From Octopus vulgaris (Eukaryota): 64,000 bases of DNA. The notes under the pieces are model-generated. The model made no database searches. It saw only the letters and a list, made by a program, of their open reading frames with translations, and was not told the origin of the DNA. The first letter of the stretch is position 1; each line of letters begins with the position of its first letter. Location: positions 142,910,001-142,974,000 of the forward strand of contig OX597814.1 in NCBI GenBank assembly GCA_951406725.2, given 5' to 3'. Below, one piece after another: positions 50,096 through 61,029 of the stretch. A program made the position numbers and the translations under genes.

Positions 50096-51511
50096 TCACT
50101 TACCTGTCCTTTGTTTTTCATAGTCACTTGAATGTTCTTTGTCAATACGAATAAATTCCATATCCATTCTTACTCCGAAATACTCATCCATATTTTCCAC
50201 GAATTCATCGCTCATTCTTATATCTTTCACCTCCCAATTCTCCCTTTCACACCTCCCCATAAACTCACCTATGTTCTTCTTTTCCATCACAGCATACCTA
50301 GTCTCTCCAACATCATACCATTTATACTCTTCCATTAGACTTTTAACTTCTTTCTGTTCAGTCATAGTACAAATGTACGGCCTGGGTTCGATTTCAATCT
50401 CTTGTGTATGTGTATTCTTTTTTTTTCTTTTGTTTTCTTGTTGGGGGGAGCGGGTGGGTTCAATGTCTGCATGGATAGGGTGGGACTCAGAGGGTGTGGG
50501 TGGTTTTGGGGTAGATTGGAGTTCCATATTATTTTCTTTTCCATGAATTCTTCTCTTCCTCTTACTTCCAGCTTCCTTCCATTTCTGTGTATTCTCTTCC
50601 TCTGTTTCCTTCTCCTCTGGTTTCTGCTTCTCTCTCTCTGGTTCGGAATCCGTTTCTTTCCCTGGGGGAGGGCAGAAGGCTCTTATGTGACCCCTCAGGC
50701 CACACTTGTAACAACGTGGAGCCCTGCCCTCCACCCACACTCTCATGATCACTTCTCCCAGTCTGATGCTTTCCGTCAGGTCCACCAGTACCTCGGTCTC
50801 TGCCTGTACGTTCAGCTCCACTGTTACGCCTCTCCAGCCCTCGGACTTAACCGAGGCATGGAGAATATCCACTTCGTCCTCGTGGCCGCTGATCACAGCC
50901 GCCACAATCCATTCTGCCTCCACGTTTGGTGGCACTCCCTCCACCCTTATTCGTGTAATCCTCCTGTTTAAATACGTAGGTAACAGTGTTACCTTTTCCG
51001 ACTTCACCGCCTTCGCTGCCATCTTCCTCGCTGCAGATTCACTTTTAAAGTGCACAACTACGGTCCCGTACTTGGATCCTCGAGTCAGAAAATTTATTTC
51101 CTCCTCAGTTCTTCGCAGGGCTTCCTCTATCCATTCCATGGATACAACTTCTACCCTCTTCCTTTCGTTTGCGCACACCCTGTAAACAATGGTCCTCTTA
51201 TCATACCATTCTTTTCTCCTGGGTGTCGGTGATAGTTCCACCTCACCGCTTTCCTTTTTCATGTATTTCTGGTAACTTGGCAACTTGGCCATGTCGACCC
51301 CTTTCTCTTCCGCCTTCTTGGTTACACCGGCATAGGTATAACTCAGCTTGTCTTCCAATTTCCTTGCTGCCATTTCTAGCTCCTTCTCAGACATAGGCAA
51401 GTCTGATAAAGACTCAAAAACTCCAGCCTTTTCCTCCATCAGCTTCACTGCAATTGCCTGTTCCAGTTCCTCATCTGTCGTGGACAAGTCTGTTAGAGAC
51501 TCATAGTCCAT
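50096..51511 (-). CDS. ORF1 family A unit 4 (471 aa)
   Basis: Open frame; homologous to A1. Confidence 0.87.
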   Translation of the reverse strand: MDYESLTDLSTTDEELEQAIAVKLMEEKAGVFESLSDLPMSEKELEMAARKLEDKLSYTYAGVTKKAEEKGVDMAKLPSYQKYMKKESGEVELSPTPRRKEWYDKRTIVYRVCANERKRVEVVSMEWIEEALRRTEEEINFLTRGSKYGTVVVHFKSESAARKMAAKAVKSEKVTLLPTYLNRRITRIRVEGVPPNVEAEWIVAAVISGHEDEVDILHASVKSEGWRGVTVELNVQAETEVLVDLTESIRLGEVIMRVWVEGRAPRCYKCGLRGHIRAFCPPPGKETDSEPEREKQKPEEKETEEENTQKWKEAGSKRKRRIHGKENNMELQSTPKPPTPSESHPIHADIEPTRSPQQENKRKKKNTHTQEIEIEPRPYICTMTEQKEVKSLMEEYKWYDVGETRYAVMEKKNIGEFMGRCERENWEVKDIRMSDEFVENMDEYFGVRMDMEFIRIDKEHSSDYEKQRTGK

Positions 51512-51675
51512 CTCCTTCTGTCTGACAGACCGAAAACGGCCGCCAAAACAGAAAAAGTGTAACGCGCTGAACGAGCGAAACGCGAAACCGCGTCAACGCC
51601 GTTCAGAATTTCCACAACAACAACAACGCTTTTTGTTCTTTTTTACCGAATTTTCAGGAGCCGAAAAAAACACGT

Positions 51676-51770
51676 CCCTTTTTCTCTACATTCTATACTT
51701 TATAGACAATAGTCTTTTCTTTAATTTAATTTTTTATTATCCATCTGGACTATTCCATTTCTGCACGCGA
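51676..51770 (-). pseudogene. Old ORF1 relic (family G), part upstream of the array insertion
   Basis: Minus strand translates KEKTIVYKV*NVEKKG; compare EKKTITYKVYLLEGKK in family D. Confidence 0.6.
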
Positions 51771-52195
51771 ATTTTATGTTTAATTTATTCCCATTCATGT
51801 GAAACCACTTATTCAAGTTCAAATCATTGATGCAATTTTATACCAATTGCTATTTTTACTTTTGTTCTGTTACGATTATATTATACTTTAGTTTGATTTT
51901 AATTATTACTTAGTACATATAATTCAATTGTTATTATTATTTTTATTGTTAAAGTGAAAGTATCTGACATAAAATAGAGAAACGTTTTTGTTTCACTTTT
52001 AATACGTAATACTGAAATAGTGGAGAAGATATGATATTGCTATGGGCTCAAGTTGAACATTTTTTTGCCCTTGAAACTACATGGACCCTAAGTAAGGCAT
52101 GTGTAAAATTTGAATGAAATTGGTTGTGTAGATCTCAAGTTTTAGGGAAACACACAGACAGACAGACGCACATTCTCAGTTTTATATATATAAAG

Positions 52196-52231
<36 letters not shown>

Positions 52232-52246
52232 CTCTCTCTCTCTCTG

Positions 52247-53330
52247 TATGGTCATCCCATAAGTTCTGACCGATTTTACCTTTTTTAAAATTGAATGAAA
52301 TTTAATAGCATTTTGGAATGTCTAATGGAATTAAAAATTATTTTTATGTATTTGTGTACATTTAAACTAATTAAATATTATTTTATAGAATAACAGAATT
52401 GAAATTTCTTTGATTAAAACCCTTTCTAACATGGAAGTATCCAAAGAGCATTTAAGGCACATAATGCTTTATGAGTACAAAAAAGGAAACTCTGCAGCCA
52501 AAGCGACTCGAAAATAGACTCAGCTTATGGGAAAGAATGCTTGAATGAAAGAACTTGCAAAATGGTTTGCAAAATTCAGAAGTGGAGATTTCAGTTCAGT
52601 TGAGTTAGATGATAAGCTCATTGTGACATTACTTGAAGAAAATCCTGTATTATCAGTTGAAGAATTGGCAATAAGCTTAGCTCAAACCATACAACTGTTC
52701 ATCTTCATCTTCAACAACTTCGAAAAATTCCTAAACTTGTAAAATGGGTGCCTCATGTATTGTCCGAAAGCAAACGCAAATCCCGAGTTGAGATCTGCTC
52801 TTCTCTCCATTCTCACGAACTCATTTCACCCTTTTTGGATAGACTTGTGACTGGTGATGAAAAATGGATTTCTAACGAAATGTTAAATGTCGTAAACAGT
52901 GGCTTGGTAAAAGGAAAAAAACTCAACCACAACCGAGAAGGGAACTTCATGACAAAAAGGTTCTTCTCTCTATCTAGTGGGATTGCAAAGGAGTAAATCA
53001 CTTTGAATTGTTACCCACTAATGCAACAAACAATGCTCAAGTCTACTGTCAGCAATTAGAGCGTTTGAACCAAGATTTGAAGAAAAAGAGAGCCGCTTTA
53101 TTGAATCGAAAAATAGTGATGTTTCATCAGGACAATGCGTGACCCCACACTGCAAAGATCACATCACAGAAGATCGAAGAGTTTTGTTGGGAAAAAATTC
53201 CTCATCCGCCTTATTCTCCCAACCTTGCTCCTTCAAACTACCATTTGTTTCGTAGTTTACAGAAATATTTGGGGGACATAACTTTCGCAAGCCAGGAGGA
53301 GGTCGAAACTGACATTTTAGAGTTCTTCAG
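52247..53330 (+). mobile_element. mariner transposon relic (transposase pseudogene), 3'-truncated
   Basis: MEVSKEHLRHIMLYEY, WVPHVL, VTGDEKW, HQDNA*PH, HPPYSPNLAPSNYHLF; left TIR-like TATGGTCATCCCATAAGTTC. Confidence 0.9.
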
Positions 53331-53965
53331 AGCAGAGGCCAAGAACTACAGACATATCCCTCAACCTCGCACATCAGCAAGGTCATGGAACGAATAGTCA
53401 GAAGAAAACTAATCGCTTTCCTTGAAGAAAATGGCTTGCTACCTGACTCAGCTCTTACAACACTATGACTGGGTGCTGAAACAGCTGCTCAACCACTCAA
53501 ATGTGGAAGAGATATATCTCGGGTTTGCAAAGGCCTTTGATAAAGTCGATCATGGAATGATATGTCACAAACTGCGTGATCTCGGCACAGTTGGAAAATT
53601 GGGAGAATGGCTTCATGACTTTCTGAACGATAGAAGTCAGGTGGTAGTAGCTAATAGGGCAACCTCCAATGACACGCAAATAGTGAGCGGTGTTCTGCAA
53701 AGCACTGTTTTGGGACCACTACTGTTCATAATAGCCCTCTCAGATATGCCCTCAGCCACACAGAGAGCCACGATCACAAGTTATGCAGATGATACAAAAG
53801 TCTCACAGGTAATACAGAACCCCGAAGACACTATAGACCTGCAATGTGAGCTGGATGAAATATAAGTGGGCTGAAAAGAATAGCATGCAGTTTAATGTTG
53901 AAAAGTTTCAAGCCTTGTGCTATAAGCATGCAAAACTAAATGCAATACCCAATAAATACACTGGA
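53331..53965 (+). mobile_element. CR1/Jockey-group LINE RT fragment
   Basis: FAKAFDKVDH, SGVLQSTVLGPLLF, YADD. Confidence 0.85.
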
Positions 53966-55135
53966 CCTGTCCGACCTATCCACTTCGCACATCTTCCCTA
54001 ACAGACCCCTCCCCTCCTTCAAACGAGCCCACAACCTACGAGACCTCTTGACCCACAGCTTCTTCCCTAACCCAACCTCCCAACCCCAGCTCCTTCCTCT
54101 GCTCCCGCCCACGCTGCCGCACTTGTCCTTACCTCTTCATCACCACCCTCCTCACAGGCACCCATCATATTCCTGACTCCTTCACCTGCACTTCTAGCAA
54201 CGTCATCTACTGCATCTCCTGCTCTCTCTGTCCTTCTCTTTACAGTGGTCAAACAGGATGCCGCTTGGCTGACCGGTTCACGGAACACCTCCGAGACACC
54301 AGTTTCAGCAACGCCACCCCGGTCTCGCGCCATTTCCGCTCTATCGGTCATTCTTTACAACGCCTGTGTTCGGATTGTCCTTGCACAGAGGCCATCCGGA
54401 CTCGCGTTTTCGCCGTGATCAGGGATTAATCTTCTCTTTCGCTCCTTTGCGTCACATGGGCTTAACTCTCTTCCCCTCTTCATCTAACCTTCCTCCACTC
54501 TCCTCTCTTGCTCTGACACCTACTTCCTCTCTTCACTCCTACCCACCTGCCTTCCACCCTCTCCTTTCATCGTCAACCACTCGTCACCTCACTCCTACAC
54601 ATTCCAACCCCACCATCCCTATACATTCCACCCCACACCCCATCCCTTACACACTACACTTACTTCCCCCATTCTCGCCTCTCCCACACCACACACCACC
54701 ACACCACATCACACCACCCCGCACACACTAGCACAGAGCATTTCCAAGCACCCACACCACCGCACACACTAGCACTGACAACTTCCCAGCACCTACACCA
54801 TAACCCACACACCTACATATGCAAACACGTGCATTTCAAGGTCACCAGCACCCTTCAATACGCACGTACAAGCTCTCACATACACAGGCACGCGCACCTT
54901 CATTTTGGGATCACCACTATTTTATTATATCCCCTTCATCCTAGCCCTCCTGTGTGACCCTCTGTCCGGCATTCGCCATGATAGGTCGCTAGGCACTAAA
55001 CTATCTTTATTTTCTCTCCCTGTTTGATACTGTGTTCTTTTCCGGCGAAGAATGTAAAACACTTTCTCACTTCCCGAGCATTAAACTAATACATCTGTTT
55101 GTTGTTTACACACCCGTCTTTTGGTTTTTTGAAAA
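53966..55135 (+). mobile_element. Penelope-like element 3' part (GIY-YIG endonuclease relic plus C-rich UTR)
   Basis: FKRAHNLRDLL, CSRPRCRTC, FTCTSSNVIYCISCSLC..LYSGQT..RLADRFTEH. Confidence 0.8.
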
Positions 55136-55142
55136 TTCTCAC

Positions 55143-55161
55143 TATACATACATATACAGAT

Positions 55162-55206
<45 letters not shown>

Positions 55207-55235
55207 AACATATGTATATATATATATATATAAAT

Positions 55236-55285
<50 letters not shown>

Positions 55286-55290
55286 GTATT

Positions 55291-55339
<49 letters not shown>

Positions 55340-55393
55340 ATACACACATACACACACATATATATATATATACATATATACACACACATTTAT

Positions 55394-55491
<98 letters not shown>

Positions 55492-55530
55492 ACGGACACA
55501 CGTACGCACACAAATTGTATATGTATGTAT
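55143..55530. repeat. (TA)/(CA) compound microsatellite
   Basis: Directly visible. Confidence 0.95.
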
Positions 55531-56027
55531 TTATTTTCTAAATTTTTCTTGCTAAAATTTTTACTGTAAAGCATTTTTTTAACCGTCTATATATACAGTG
55601 TGCTTGTAATTTTTATTTTTTATTTTGCGTTCACCAAGAAGTGAGAAACACGGAAACACCTTCATTTATGCAGGCAATATACAAACAGCCATAAATTTAG
55701 GCTACTCTGTTGAAAATATAACCACTTTTCAATGAAAAATACGTTAAAATAATTTGAGAAACCGAACAAATCAATATAACCGACTGACCCAATTAATATA
55801 AACTAGACCTATACGTACAAAAATCAAAAATAAATAATAAACATAGTTCCATAGCTCAGATTTTGTTACTATTGATTATTCAATGAATATCTGATATAAA
55901 GACTGAAAAATAGAAGATAGGTGATATTACATCTGATGTGTTTCTACGTGCACAAAATAGAAGGCAAAAATCAGATAGATTCAGCATTTTAATTCTACCA
56001 GACTAATGTTTTTTTAAATTATAGAAA

Positions 56028-56430
56028 CTAGCAGTATCGCGCGGCGTTGCTCGGGTTTCTTTCGACCCTTTAGAATTGAAATTTTGAAAAGTAAGAATTT
56101 TGCATTATGTAGCTTGTTATTCTCTTTAAGTGAACATTTTTCTGGTTGAAATAAACCGAAAAATGGCGACACAGCAGTCAAAAAATCGTAAAAAAATAGG
56201 GATTTTCATAGAAAAAAAGCACCCTGTTGATGTAAATAATTTTTGGTGTTAACATGGTCCGATTTGAATTTTTTCTTCTACGGAAGGAAGAGCAAGCCTT
56301 CTTCTATCATACTCTCAATTTTGGTCAACTTGCGCCACAGGGTCTCGGAGGAGATAATGTTAGTTGAAGGCTACCAAACCTGCCATACACAGACAACTTA
56401 AGCTTTATATATATATATAATATATATAGA
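56028..56430 (-). mobile_element. Non-autonomous Helitron-like element
   Basis: Same termini as 12338-12736 in reverse (CTAGCAGTATCGC...TATATAGA); flanked by A and T. Confidence 0.8.
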
Positions 56431-56456
56431 TTTTGGGTTATGCAAGTGTTCCATTA

Positions 56457-56876
56457 ACTTTATTTCTTCACAACTTTCAGAAAAATGGGTGTTTTTAAAT
56501 AAATTTTCTACAAATACCTTTCAAACGGTGTGAATTATGACCGTATCGGAATTTAATGTGAAGAAAGAGTAAAAAAAGAACACTGGTGGGTGTTCACACA
56601 TACATACTGACACACGTCGCATGGTTGTTTTCAAAATTTCAAGTTTCATTTTGTAGATATATATAAGATGTGTGTCAGTGTGTATGAATCACACCCACCA
56701 AGTATCCTTTGCACTACCAAATCACACCCTCCAAGTATCCTTTTCACCACTAAATCACACCTACCAGGTATCCTTTTCACGTTTTTTTAATGGTAATCTC
56801 TACCATCCGAAAGGTATATGTAGAAAACTTTATTTAAAAATACTCATTTTTCTGAAAGTTGTGAGGAAACAAAGTC
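56457..56876. mobile_element. MITE-like element with imperfect TIRs of about 75 bp and internal 30-bp repeats
   Basis: 56457-56530 is reverse-complementary to 56801-56876; three AATCACACC..GTATCCTTT units at 56687-56780. Confidence 0.75.
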
Positions 56877-57004
56877 TATTCGTCTAAATTTTCTGAAACA
56901 CTTGTTCGCTCCTCCGAAAAATTCTGCAGAACAAATTCCAATATAGTTGGAATCTATACCATCTGTAAGATATCTGTAGAAAATTTCACGGAAAATATCC
57001 AGTT

Positions 57005-57890
57005 TTTGTAAATAAATATATTGTCGCACTCATGTCAATACATTTAAACCGAATCAAAGAAAATTAAAAGGAAGTATTTTAGAGGTAATATTGTCAGGAG
57101 TGGAAGAGGAAGAGAACATTTAGGAGTGGTAGTAAGGTAAATTTGTTAGAAGAGAAGGAGAAAGAGGGGGAGGTGAGAGATAAAATTTCTGGTCAGTTCT
57201 AGGTAAATTGGTGGTTTATCACTTAACATTAAAACTATACACAAATATATTCGCGCGCACGAGTATATTTTTCCAATGCACCTGTAGTATTCTATAGGTA
57301 CGCGCGCGTACGCGCCTCTATATTCTCGTGTGCAGAGAGGAAGATTTTGGGATTTCACAAGATTAAAAATATATAAAGGTAGTTAGAAACATTTTCTGTT
57401 ATAAATACGTGGAAGAGCTGCAAATGGGGGCGGAGGAATAACTAGGGAAGAATGAGGAGGGGGCTATTATTTGTATTTTCAGAATGTGTTACATAATCGG
57501 TGTTTACAATTAAAAATTAGATGGTTCCGTTCATTAAGACAGTTGGTGGATTGTATAACAGAAAAGACTATCGTGGTGCATAGATCGCAATTGTTGTTAT
57601 AACCGTTGTAGGGTTTAGCATGAGTAGCTATGGACAATTTAAAATTATGTGGGTGGTGCTGCACAAGTCGATGTATGTATAATTGGAATTTTCAGTTGAC
57701 ACCGTGCATTTTTATACAGTATTTTTTGTTACGCATATATTATCTATGGGGCAGGAGGTGGGGCGTCTACAGCTGCTTAGGATTCTAGAAGGTGGTAAAG
57801 TGGAATTTACGGAGTTATTATTATCTAGGGTTAACCTGGTGTTATATTCATTACGATTAGTATTTTTTGAGAGTGCCGAGGGAGTTGTCT
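57005..57890 (-). mobile_element. Penelope-like relic
   Basis: KPYN....CDLC....CLNER...NCKHR C-terminus; 57005-57150 recurs inverted at 61715-61860. Confidence 0.65.
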
Positions 57891-57949
<59 letters not shown>

Positions 57950-60444
57950 GCATACATGCATACATACATACGTAAAAATGGGTCATTACATGTCAAGAAG
58001 TATAAAGATAAGAAAGATTGCAAATGCCTTTTTCAGACATTACGTTATGATCCGTTAGATCGTTATCTATTATCTTATTCCTGTATATGCATATGGTCTC
58101 AGACTAAATTCAAATTTTAATAACTCCTCTTAAACATTATTTAAATATATTATATTTTTGTCATGGCACCACCCGTCACTCGTCCTAGATGGAAGAAGTG
58201 GCGGGTAGAGGTTTGTGGAAAATTATTCTCAAACCGGAAACTAGGCCCGAATGCTTGCAACTGAGTGAAATCTGCTAAAAGCACTCAAGGATTGGTGTAA
58301 AGCCGAGTGATGAATTAAGTTTTCCGTCATAAAACCGAACAAAAGACTTATTTAGAAATACATTTTATGACCATGGACATGAAGAGTTAACTGAAGATTT
58401 TTCATTGTTGCAAAGATGTCTAAGAGAGTTTTACTGATAAATCGCCAGAAAATCACTGATCGCTTGTTCAGTCCAAGAATGAAAACCAGTATCGACTCCG
58501 GTTTGATTTGAACATGGAAACGCTTGCATTATAATAATAAAGCAATAATGAATCGATAATAAATTAAATATAGGTTTCTAAATTTGTATTAAACTAAACT
58601 ACCCGTGACCCGTTGGGTCACTGACGGTTCAGGTTATAAAACATTAAAGCTGATTTCAACCTTGTATTGAAATGAAAGTTGATTTTATGATGGTTCAGTT
58701 AAATATTTCAATTCGTTCGTGTTAGCATAGGTTTGGTTTACAAGTTCATGTTTCAGGTTTTACTGATTATTTACAACATCTAATAGAAATAAAACTTCCG
58801 GGATAAACCTGAACTCCTGTAACAGCACTTACTTATGGTATATGTGCACACGTCTACAAAAAGAGCAAAAGGAATGGTCATATAACGAAAACAAGATTAG
58901 TGGAAACAATTTTCACAGTATTATATATTCCCATTTCAGGGTTCTGTTACTTTCGGAGTATTTTCTCATTATGTGCCGTTTTAACTATTTATGAAGGTAC
59001 CCCCCCACACCAAAAAAACCCCGCGTATCTCGGGAATCCATGGCCCGATTTACGCGAAACTTGTTTTATTCCGTTTGTATTCACATTTCAGGGATACCTT
59101 TAATTTCAAAATATTTTCCCATTATGCGCCAGTTTGGCGGTATCAAATTACAGACAAGCACGCAAGCAAGTAAGCAATGACAGTTTTAGTAGAATACAGA
59201 TTATATTTTATTATGTTTACCATATTGAGCAAATGAAAAAAGATAATCCTGACAAGAAAAAAGGTTGACATATTTCCATGAGTCTCTCGAGTAAATGTCA
59301 ATGAAGGTCATTCAATTTCCTGTTAGTGTTCATTTTCTTTTCTTTATCACTTAGTCAAAGGAAGAAACACAGCGCCCACAATAGGCTTTCTGAGTCGCTC
59401 GAAACTTTTGGGAAGTTATCGTCCGATCGGACCTTTTGTCTGACTTCCTATAACCCAGTGTACTCTTATAAAGGTAGCTAAGGGCCTCCATACAGTTTCT
59501 CTCAGCCAAAATTTTACTCAGCTTTAATTGACCTGAGGCTATAGTAAAAGGCACTTGATGTGATACAGAAGGGGAATGAACTTAAAACCCACGTAATTGC
59601 AAACCGAACTTGGAAATCATACAGCTATGTCTGTTAGCTATGTTGGTGACGTCTTTATTAACAAACTCTAGAACGGCAAGCTGCCAGACTGGTTAACAGC
59701 ATTTATTTCGGTTATTTATGTTCTGAATTTAAATCCCGCAGATGTCATCTTAACCTTTCACTCTTTTGAGGTCGATAAAATAAGTAGCAGTTGAATACTG
59801 AGGTCGTTTTAATCGACTTACTTCTTCCCTCAAACTAGTTGACCTTGTGGAAAAATTAGAAAGAATTTATTAACTACTTCTTCACAGAGATAACTTTAGA
59901 TCTAGATATCCCTAAATAGATGGGGATATTCACGACTGGAATGACTTTGATCATAGATCTGCTCAGTTAGCGCTGAGATAAAACAACATTAAGAAGCTCT
60001 AACATTATAAGCAACGAGTTAACTACTTCGATGATATTTTAAAATGGCCTGATATTTACAAAACAGATTTACATTATTTTAATCTTTTTAATATGTTGTC
60101 TGTTTTCAAAAACTGCTTTCGGTTTTAAATGATCAGGTGTTCCACGAGAAAACATTGTTAACGGCATATGTAATGTGAATTAATATTTTGAAAGTTGAAT
60201 ATTATTTTAGAAGTTTAATACTCCACTTTGTCAAAATACTGTTAAAAAACCTATATCTATAATCAAATTAAATGCTGAATATGAAATTCAAATTCAGATA
60301 CGTTGAACATTTGGCTCGTCAAACGTTATGTAAACTTCAAATAAAGCATGCAACACAGGAAAAATCAGCATGAGTCATCAAACGTAACATTTTAATTCCA
60401 GTGGGTGTATTTTAAAGAACTGATCTTCAGGACCCCTTAAAAGG

Positions 60445-60642
60445 TCACAGTGGTGGATAGGGGCTTGCGGGGCCAAAAGCAGAGCCCGTTTCCCACTTCA
60501 TTGTTTTTTGTAATTTGTATTATTATTTCATCCGATTTTTAGTATCATTAATTTTTATTCGATTTATCATATTCTTATGTTTTTCATCTTGGCCCCTGAT
60601 TTTTGTATTGTCCCCTCTGTGTTTGGCCCCCTGTTAATAATA
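60445..60642 (+). mobile_element. 5'-truncated Tx1 LINE 3' UTR
   Basis: Similar to the 26040-26255 UTR (CAGTGG..GGGGCT..GGGG..CCCAC; TGTATTGTCCC..GGCCCC..TAATAATA). Confidence 0.65.
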
Positions 60643-60644
60643 GT

Positions 60645-60990
60645 ACAAGTGTTGTTTTCAGTCGTGTTTGTTTGTTTGTCCGTGGACAAGATATCTCAAA
60701 AACCACTGGATGGATTCGGATGAAACTTTCAGACATGTTTGGCCTCGTGACTGGCACGAGCTGATTAGATTTTGGGATCGATCCGGGACCGAACAAAGAT
60801 TCTGGATTATTTTTCCGGATTTTTTACTTAATCTTTGAGAGCGGTCGGGTTCGTTTTTAGTATTCTCGTTTGTGAGAGCAGTCGAGTTTACTTTAGATAA
60901 TCTCATTTTAATAATCATCTCTGGCTAAGCGTTGAGAAGACTTTGGTGTTGCCTTGGAGGAGGTTTGCACTTTCTGAGTGCTCGTGTTTT
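60645..60990 (+). mobile_element. Helentron/HINE-like non-autonomous element
   Basis: (GTTT)n near the 5' end and CCTTGGAGGAGGTTTGCACTTTCTGAGTGC subterminal hairpin; family assignment from recall. Confidence 0.55.
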
Positions 60991-61029
60991 GTTTTATTTT
61001 CAATATGATCTATTTTTATTGTTTATTCG

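Larger units (their letters stand above)
31187..51675 (-). repeat. Head-to-tail array of 12 ORF1-only units: A,A,A,B,B,B,B,B,B,C,B,A
   Basis: Unit boundaries near 31187, 32922, 34673, 36433, 38106, 39780, 41456, 43127, 44800, 46472, 48275, 49949 and 51675; each has an AATAAA tail abutting (C)ACG(TG)T(n)CGGCTC. Confidence 0.93.

Noticed and set aside
31376-51396. Many plus-strand F/S/L-rich ORFs
   Set aside because: Antisense shadows of the purine-rich ORF1s, repeated only because the units are repeated.
31187-51675. Host tandem gene family or LTR-retrotransposon gag cluster
   Set aside because: No introns, LTRs, PBS or protease; the proteins are homologous to the adjacent Tx1 ORF1 and the units share its tail. 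Domestication is not excluded but is unsupported.
26036-51675. True telomeric array
   Set aside because: Flanked on both sides by ordinary DNA with no (TTAGGG)n tract; the HeT-A comparison is only an analogy.
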